Positions 59,038 to 64,000 of a stretch of DNA of 64,000 bases are shown here, piece after piece. Made by a program: the position numbers and the translations under genes. Each line of letters begins with the position of its first letter. Position 1 is the first letter of the stretch. A model generated the notes under the pieces. That model was not told the origin of the DNA. It worked only from the letters and a program-made list of their open reading frames with translations, and did not search any database. Source of the stretch: Pseudomonadota bacterium. GTDB lineage: Bacteria > Pseudomonadota > Gammaproteobacteria > UBA9214. The stretch is taken from the NCBI GenBank assembly GCA_039714155.1, contig JBDLJX010000002.1, positions 1,286 to 65,285 on the forward strand. Reading direction: 5' to 3'.

Positions 59038-60475
59038 TGATAGATTCTTGCGCCACTGGCAATACGACCCTGAAGCGGGTCCCTGCATTTGTAGATTCTA
59101 CCACGGAGATGGCGCCTCCATGGGCCTCGGCATATTCACGGGCAATCGATAACCCCAGTCCACTGCCTCGCACATGTCCCTTTACTGCGGGTTTGCCCTG
59201 ATAGAAGGCCTCAAAGATTTGCTCTTGCTCATTTTCAGGTATTTCCGGACCGGCGTTCGCTACTTCAATAATCGCCTGTTGATCTCGCTGGTGGAGCAGA
59301 ATCCACAATGGACCCTTGTCCGGTGAATATTTAATGGCATTGGAAAGCAGATTGTCTATCAGGGTGTGCAGCTTGTGCCGGTCACCACTGACGACAACAG
59401 ATTGCAGGGTTTTGGACAGGTTTAACTGGCGTGAGAAAATGGTTACCTTGTGGTTTGCGAGGACTTCCTCGATCAGTCTCCTGAGATTAAGCTGGCTCAG
59501 GGAAAGTCTGGTGGTTCGGGATCTTACCGTGCTGAAATCAAGCAGATCCTCAATCAGTTTCTGCAACTGGAGGCTGTTGTCATGGAGGATGGAAATGATC
59601 TCGCGTTGTTGGCTGTTCAGGTTGCCGGCAACCTGCTCATTCATTAATTCCGCACCTTCCCGTATCGCCGTGAGCGGGGTTTTGAGTTCATGTGATATGT
59701 GGTGGAGGAACTTGGTCTTTTCCTGTTCCAGTTCCTGTAGCCGGTATTGCAGCCAGTTGAGGCGTTCGCCCAGTTGTTGCAAGTCGCGCGGCCCGTCTAT
59801 TTTCGCAGCTTTGCCAAACTTGCCGTCACCGAGTCTGCGGATGGCGCGGTCGATCTGGTTTATAGGGCGGGTGATAGAGAGTGTTGCTACCAGGGCAAGA
59901 ATAATGACAATCGGGACCAGTGCTATGGACTGTATTACCAGTGTTTGCTGTACAGTATTGGCTTTCTGCTGTATCTGCTCCAGTTCACGATTGATCAGGT
60001 CGCGGTTGTCGGCCAGTATCTGTTTTGCGATACGCGAGAGTTCAGTGAACTTGTCCACCGTGACCGCAATTTCAGGCGAGTCGTGGGGTGGGCCACTAAT
60101 CGCTGCATGGATCTCATTCTCCGTAAAAAACAGCTCTTCAAGCAGGATGCGCTGCTGTTTCTCAAGTCTGAGTTTTTCAAGGTGTTCTGCAATATCAACA
60201 AATTTGGCATGGTTCCCGTCATAGACATCAAACAAGGCCTTATCGCCAAGCACCTGGTACTGGCGGACATTGCGTTCCATGGCGGTTATCGTTTCCACCA
60301 GTGTCTGACTGCCATGAGTAACAAGCACGCTCTGATAGAGCGCTGACTGGCTCTGACGTACCAGGCGGTCGACAGAAAAGGTCGCGATGACCAGGGCAAC
60401 AATGAGTGGCAGGGCCACCAGGGAGAAACCGACCAGGATCAGGCGTGAGATGGATTTTGGGCGGAAAAACTTCAC
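59024..60475 (-). CDS. glrK: sensor histidine kinase (GlrK/QseE-like)
   Basis: Two TM helices flank a periplasmic domain, followed by HAMP, a DHp with H-box (HISHELKTPLTAIREGAEL) and an HATPase_c (GSGLGLSIAREY). Confidence 0.7.
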   Translation of the reverse strand: MKFFRPKSISRLILVGFSLVALPLIVALVIATFSVDRLVRQSQSALYQSVLVTHGSQTLVETITAMERNVRQYQVLGDKALFDVYDGNHAKFVDIAEHLEKLRLEKQQRILLEELFFTENEIHAAISGPPHDSPEIAVTVDKFTELSRIAKQILADNRDLINRELEQIQQKANTVQQTLVIQSIALVPIVIILALVATLSITRPINQIDRAIRRLGDGKFGKAAKIDGPRDLQQLGERLNWLQYRLQELEQEKTKFLHHISHELKTPLTAIREGAELMNEQVAGNLNSQQREIISILHDNSLQLQKLIEDLLDFSTVRSRTTRLSLSQLNLRRLIEEVLANHKVTIFSRQLNLSKTLQSVVVSGDRHKLHTLIDNLLSNAIKYSPDKGPLWILLHQRDQQAIIEVANAGPEIPENEQEQIFEAFYQGKPAVKGHVRGSGLGLSIAREYAEAHGGAISVVESTNAGTRFRVVLPVAQESINDAV

Positions 60476-60707
60476 TCAGTTACTTGTGCCTGACTGTAAT
60501 TAATGGCTGTACCTCCCGTGATCTTGTATAAACCCGGGAGCTCTGGTTGCATGCCCTGCTAATGTCTCCTGACCCACTCGTAAAGATGGCTGTCATGCCT
60601 TTATCGTTTATAGGATACTGTTGTGTAATCGATTATATCAGCGCTTTCTTCTCGCCGTTCCCGGATATTCACGAGAAAGTGGGTACCTTCAGGATGCCCG
60701 CAGCATA

Positions 60708-61226
60708 TTACTCGATTTTTATGTAGGCATACCCCTGGTGCTGCAGTTCGGCAATGCGGACCACGCCGGACGGGACCAGGCTGACATTCTCATAGATCTT
60801 GTCATCGGGCAGGCTGATCTGCGTACGCGTGATATCGCACAGTTCCAGTTTGACACCACGTGTTTTTGCCTGGCTGAGCAACCGTCCCTTGAGGTTCTCG
60901 CGACGTTCCCTGAGCTCGGCATCCACGGCAAACGGTGTGTTCTCCAGTGTGCTGTCAGTCAGGAAACGGATGCCGTGTGCAACGAACACGATGCGGACGT
61001 CTGCATCGACCAGTTCGTTTTCGTAGTAGTTCATCATGTTGTTGATGCTGGTGAGCATTGCGCTGAACCGCCTGGGGTCGGCAAAGTCGGCGTGATAGAC
61101 CACCTTGACGACATCATCGGCAAGAACACTCCGGGGTGTCAGTGCCAGGCTGCCTGTAACAACAAGACAAACCATTAAAGTGCACACTGCGAGGCCTGCA
61201 GCGTGCAGTCGGGATAGTAAGGTCAT
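60708..61226 (-). CDS. DsrE/DsrF-like family protein, secreted
   Basis: Signal peptide, then VVKVVYHADFADP...VRIVFVAHGIRF...VKLELCDITR, which matches the DsrE/DsrF/DrsH fold pattern. Confidence 0.55.
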   Translation of the reverse strand: MTLLSRLHAAGLAVCTLMVCLVVTGSLALTPRSVLADDVVKVVYHADFADPRRFSAMLTSINNMMNYYENELVDADVRIVFVAHGIRFLTDSTLENTPFAVDAELRERRENLKGRLLSQAKTRGVKLELCDITRTQISLPDDKIYENVSLVPSGVVRIAELQHQGYAYIKIE

Positions 61227-61384
61227 GGTTGATATCTCCTGTCCGGGTGAATGTACCTACCAGTATAGTAACTGATGCTGACAGGTTATGAATTCAGGAA
61301 TTGCTGTTCCGGAAACTGAACGGCTGGGCTGAAGGCCAGGGATCAGGGTTTAACCCGCACTTCTCACCGCGGGGCGAGGGCTCG

Positions 61385-61990
61385 TCATTGTGGTGAGAAA
61401 TGCAGGTTAATCCACACCAGCAAGCGGTTGTTGACCGGCATTTCGTGGTCCTGTTTCAGTTGCATGCCATTATCCGCGGCAAGGCTGTCGAGATCCTCGA
61501 AATTGCGGATGCCGCTGTGCGGGTCGCGATCTTTCAGCCAGCCATCAAAACGGGCATTGCTGTCGCTGGTGTAGCGGCCGCGGTAGTTGAAGGGGCCATA
61601 GAGACAAAAGACCCCGGTATCGGCAAGCACACTGCCGATCCCGGCAAACATGGCTTCTACCTCCGGCCAGGACATGATGTGGGTGGTGTTGGCGCTGAAG
61701 ACGCCGTCGTAGCGGCTGGCAGGCCAGGTGCCTTTGCTGACATCGAGTGGCAGAGGAGTCAGCAGGTTTGCCAGACCGGCTTCCTCACGCCAGGCGTTGA
61801 TGCTGGGGTGGTTGGTGACTACGTCACTGGTTTGCCACTCAAGATGCGGCAGGTGCTGTGCAAAGTAAACTGAATGCTGGCCGGTGCCGCTGCCGATCTC
61901 GAGTACCTGATGGCAACCGGCAAACTCCTCCCGGAGTATTGTGAGGATTGGGTCGCGGTTTTCGTCGCAGGCGGCGGAATACTGTTTCAT
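61385..61990 (-). CDS. DUF938-family class I SAM-dependent methyltransferase
   Basis: MKQYSAACDENRDPILTILRE...VLEIGSGTGQH (motif I). Confidence 0.6.
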   Translation of the reverse strand: MKQYSAACDENRDPILTILREEFAGCHQVLEIGSGTGQHSVYFAQHLPHLEWQTSDVVTNHPSINAWREEAGLANLLTPLPLDVSKGTWPASRYDGVFSANTTHIMSWPEVEAMFAGIGSVLADTGVFCLYGPFNYRGRYTSDSNARFDGWLKDRDPHSGIRNFEDLDSLAADNGMQLKQDHEMPVNNRLLVWINLHFSPQ

Positions 61991-62002
61991 GCACTGATCA
62001 GT

Positions 62003-62029
62003 CCCTGCTATCCGTCGTGGATAGCAGGG
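62003..62029 (-). other. perfect 11-bp stem-loop between hsp20 and the DUF938 gene
   Basis: CCCTGCTATCC-gtcgt-GGATAGCAGGG. No U-tract on either strand, so it may be an RNA processing/stability element or a partial terminator. Confidence 0.4.
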
Positions 62030-62056
62030 TCCTGTAACAGGTTCGGCAACCGTGTC

Positions 62057-62488
62057 TCAGTTAACCGAAATTTTCTTCGGTTGCGGCTTTTTCTGCTTCG
62101 GAATGACAACTTCCAGGACGCCGTCATTGACAGTGGCACTGATGTTCCCGGCATTGACCGTTTCCGGCACCGTGAACTGACGGACAAATGTGCCATGCAT
62201 GCGCTCGCGGCGACGGTAGCCTTCTGCCTCTTCCGTCCGGTTCGTGGTGCGCTCACCCTTGATCGTCAGCACACCGTCATCCAGCGTGATATCAACAGCT
62301 TCGCGCGCAACGCCGGGGATATCGGCGGTCAGGACAAAGCGTTCGTCTTCCTCGCAAATATCGACAGCCGGTGCCCAGTCGCGTTCAACAGCGGCCTTGC
62401 GTGCACTGCGGTTACCTGCAAACAGTCGATTGACTTCATTATTGAACTGGTCAACCAGTCCATACGGTTCATAGCGTGTTAACAACAT
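62057..62488 (-). CDS. Hsp20/alpha-crystallin-family small heat-shock protein (IbpA-like)
   Basis: 143 aa. The alpha-crystallin domain (WAPAVDICEEDERFVLTADIPGV...DGVLTIKGER...ISATVNDGVLEVVIPK) is present. Confidence 0.85.
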   Translation of the reverse strand: MLLTRYEPYGLVDQFNNEVNRLFAGNRSARKAAVERDWAPAVDICEEDERFVLTADIPGVAREAVDITLDDGVLTIKGERTTNRTEEAEGYRRRERMHGTFVRQFTVPETVNAGNISATVNDGVLEVVIPKQKKPQPKKISVN

Positions 62489-62531
62489 GTTACTGCCTCC
62501 AGATTGGTTGGTCAGAATTGACTTACTTCCT

Positions 62532-62560
62532 AGATAGGGGCAGACGTCGGGATTTCAAGG
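62532..62560 (-). promoter_or_regulatory. candidate sigma-32 heat-shock promoter for hsp20
   Basis: The minus strand reads CTTGAAA (62554-62560) - 12 nt - CCCCTATCT (62532-62540), against the sigma-32 consensus CTTGAAA-N13-14-CCCCATNT. It lies ~45 nt upstream of the hsp20 ATG. Confidence 0.45.
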
Positions 62561-62747
62561 GGGGGTAGGTGTTTCAAGTGCGGGTTAACTCTCAGCCACA
62601 CTTATTTGTCCCGGAGTGGTAGTCAGAGGTTCAAATCTCCTGGTTACGGCTTTACATACAGGCATGAAATCTTTGCTGTCAGGGGGGCGCAGCAGGCCAA
62701 ACAGGCGTCTACTAGTCAATAAATAAGAATAAGTTACGCCATGTTAG

Positions 62748-63935
62748 TTAAAGTCTGTCTTTGAGTATGGCAATGAGCTCGGCATCAGACAGCACGATCG
62801 GGTTGGTCTTCATGCTGCTGCCACGGCTGTTGCTGACGATGCGGTCAAAGTCCGGTTTACCGATGCCATAGGCCGCCAGGCGCTTGATTTGAAGCTGTTC
62901 AGTCCAGTCTTCAAGCAGGCCAATCAACGCGGCGTGTGCAGCGTGCTGTTTGGAGAAGGTTTGCCGGCAGAGGATCTCGGCGACATCGGTGTATTTTTCC
63001 AGTGCATGGTTGTCAGGCTCACGTGCCTGCATGGCCTCGATATTGATACGGGAACAGGTCGCGACCAGTGTGCCGCATACCATGCCGTGCGGGACCGGGA
63101 AGAAGGCACCGAGCGGCGAGGCCAGTCCGTGGACCGAGCCCAGTCCGGTTTGTGCCAGGGTAATACCGGAGAGCAGGGCTGCGTAGGACATGGCGGCACG
63201 CGCTGCCGCCGAAGCTGCAGCATCATCATGCAATGGCAACAGTGCATCACGTGCAGCACGGATACCATCGATTGCCAGGGCATCGGTCAAGCGGTTGGCC
63301 CTGAGTGAAACGTAGGATTCGAGTAATTGTGTCAGTGCATCCATGCCATTGGCGGCGATCTGTTCGCGCGGGCAGGTGATCAACAGTTCGGGGTCGACCA
63401 CGGCATATGCAGGAACCAGTTGTTCATCACGGAAGGACTTCTTGAAACCGTCATCACCGATGACACTCAACACTGCGTTTCTGGTGGCTTCGCTGCCGGT
63501 GCCGGCCGTTGTCGGTGCAGCAATAAACGGTACGGCCGGACCCCGGTAGGGCTTCTCCGGACCGACACCCTCGAGGTAGTCCATCACCGGATCACCGACA
63601 CGCAGTAACCCGGCGATGGCCTTGGCGGCATCCAGCACACTGCCGCCGCCTATGGCGATAACTACATCGATATTGTCACCGGCATAGCCGGTGACAGCAG
63701 CGTCTACTATCTGTGGCGAGGGTTCGGTATGAATGGTGGTGTGCAGCCAGTCGAGGCCGGCCTGCTCCAGGCCTGCAAGCAGGGGATCCCAGTATGGTGA
63801 GGCCGGAAAGGAATGGGCACCGGTGACCAGCAGTGCGCGCTTGCCGTACCGGGCCGCGAGTGCCGGTATCCTTTCGATGGCGCCAGCCCCGAATTCGATG
63901 CGCGGAAAGCGGCTGATGGCGAAGCTCTGGATCAT
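62748..63935 (-). CDS. iron-containing (group III) alcohol dehydrogenase family protein
   Basis: 395 aa. GGGSVLDAAKA and the Fe-ADH His cluster region match the Fe-ADH superfamily. Confidence 0.8.
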   Translation of the reverse strand: MIQSFAISRFPRIEFGAGAIERIPALAARYGKRALLVTGAHSFPASPYWDPLLAGLEQAGLDWLHTTIHTEPSPQIVDAAVTGYAGDNIDVVIAIGGGSVLDAAKAIAGLLRVGDPVMDYLEGVGPEKPYRGPAVPFIAAPTTAGTGSEATRNAVLSVIGDDGFKKSFRDEQLVPAYAVVDPELLITCPREQIAANGMDALTQLLESYVSLRANRLTDALAIDGIRAARDALLPLHDDAAASAAARAAMSYAALLSGITLAQTGLGSVHGLASPLGAFFPVPHGMVCGTLVATCSRINIEAMQAREPDNHALEKYTDVAEILCRQTFSKQHAAHAALIGLLEDWTEQLQIKRLAAYGIGKPDFDRIVSNSRGSSMKTNPIVLSDAELIAILKDRL

Positions 63936-64000
63936 GAGTTCGGGAACAGGCCGTTATACGGGATTCCCTGGCGTGGCTCGGCCATCCAGTCGGCTACGGT

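Noticed and set aside
60476-60707. Sigma-54 promoter (TGGCAC-N5-TTGCA) expected upstream of a GlrK/GlrR-controlled sRNA
   Set aside because: Only an adjacent CTGGTTGCAT with wrong spacing was found. No convincing -24/-12 element on either strand.
62591-62640. Possible tRNA gene (AGTGGTAG D-loop and GGTTCAAATC T-loop motifs)
   Set aside because: Only 7 nt separate the two motifs. There is no anticodon arm or complementary acceptor stem, so it is at most a tRNA fragment, not a functional tRNA.
1-64000. CRISPR arrays, IS elements, integrases, phage genes, rRNA
   Set aside because: No short regularly spaced direct repeats, transposase or integrase-like ORFs, or rRNA-like segments were seen. The only repeat structures are the palindromic elements reported above.
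63940-64000. Partial gene at the right edge
   Set aside because: Only ~60 nt remain after the alcohol dehydrogenase start. That is too little to assign a frame or product.

Overview
This is a 64 kb chromosomal segment from a high-GC (roughly 60%) gammaproteobacterium. Conserved housekeeping blocks (ribH-nusB-thiL-pgpA, xseB-ispA, folE2, parE-parC, epmB/efp/epmA, trmJ-cysE-iscR, sufBCD-sufU-sufT) alternate with accessory clusters. The most striking accessory cluster is a ~12 kb minus-strand array (2.2-14.4 kb). It encodes four secreted TPR proteins/lipoproteins, a small secreted protein, an ExbB-ExbD-ExbD-TonB motor module and a terminal 963-aa lipoprotein that combines a PD40/TolB-like beta-propeller with two CXXCH haem-c motifs. 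Two small outer-membrane beta-barrel genes, one with an SH3b domain, are transcribed divergently from it, and no TonB-dependent receptor is present. The overall architecture resembles Agl/Glt-type envelope-spanning machines rather than a nutrient-uptake Ton system. Other notable regions are a low-GC islet encoding a 2-TM membrane protein plus a membrane-anchored NERD (nuclease-related) protein; a rubrerythrin / CCG-type Fe-S / DUF3501 triad with a large intergenic hairpin; an HME-RND efflux operon preceded by a small Cys/His-rich secreted protein; a signalling neighbourhood (adenylate cyclase, REC-PAS-GGDEF(degenerate)-EAL, PilZ-like protein); a GlrK-QseG-GlrR-like two-component system; an orphan iscR without iscSUA plus a suf operon lacking sufS/sufE; and a 265-bp element of perfectly nested inverted repeats at 49.1 kb that looks like a MITE or structured RNA. 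No rRNA, complete tRNA, CRISPR array, transposase or integrase was recognised.
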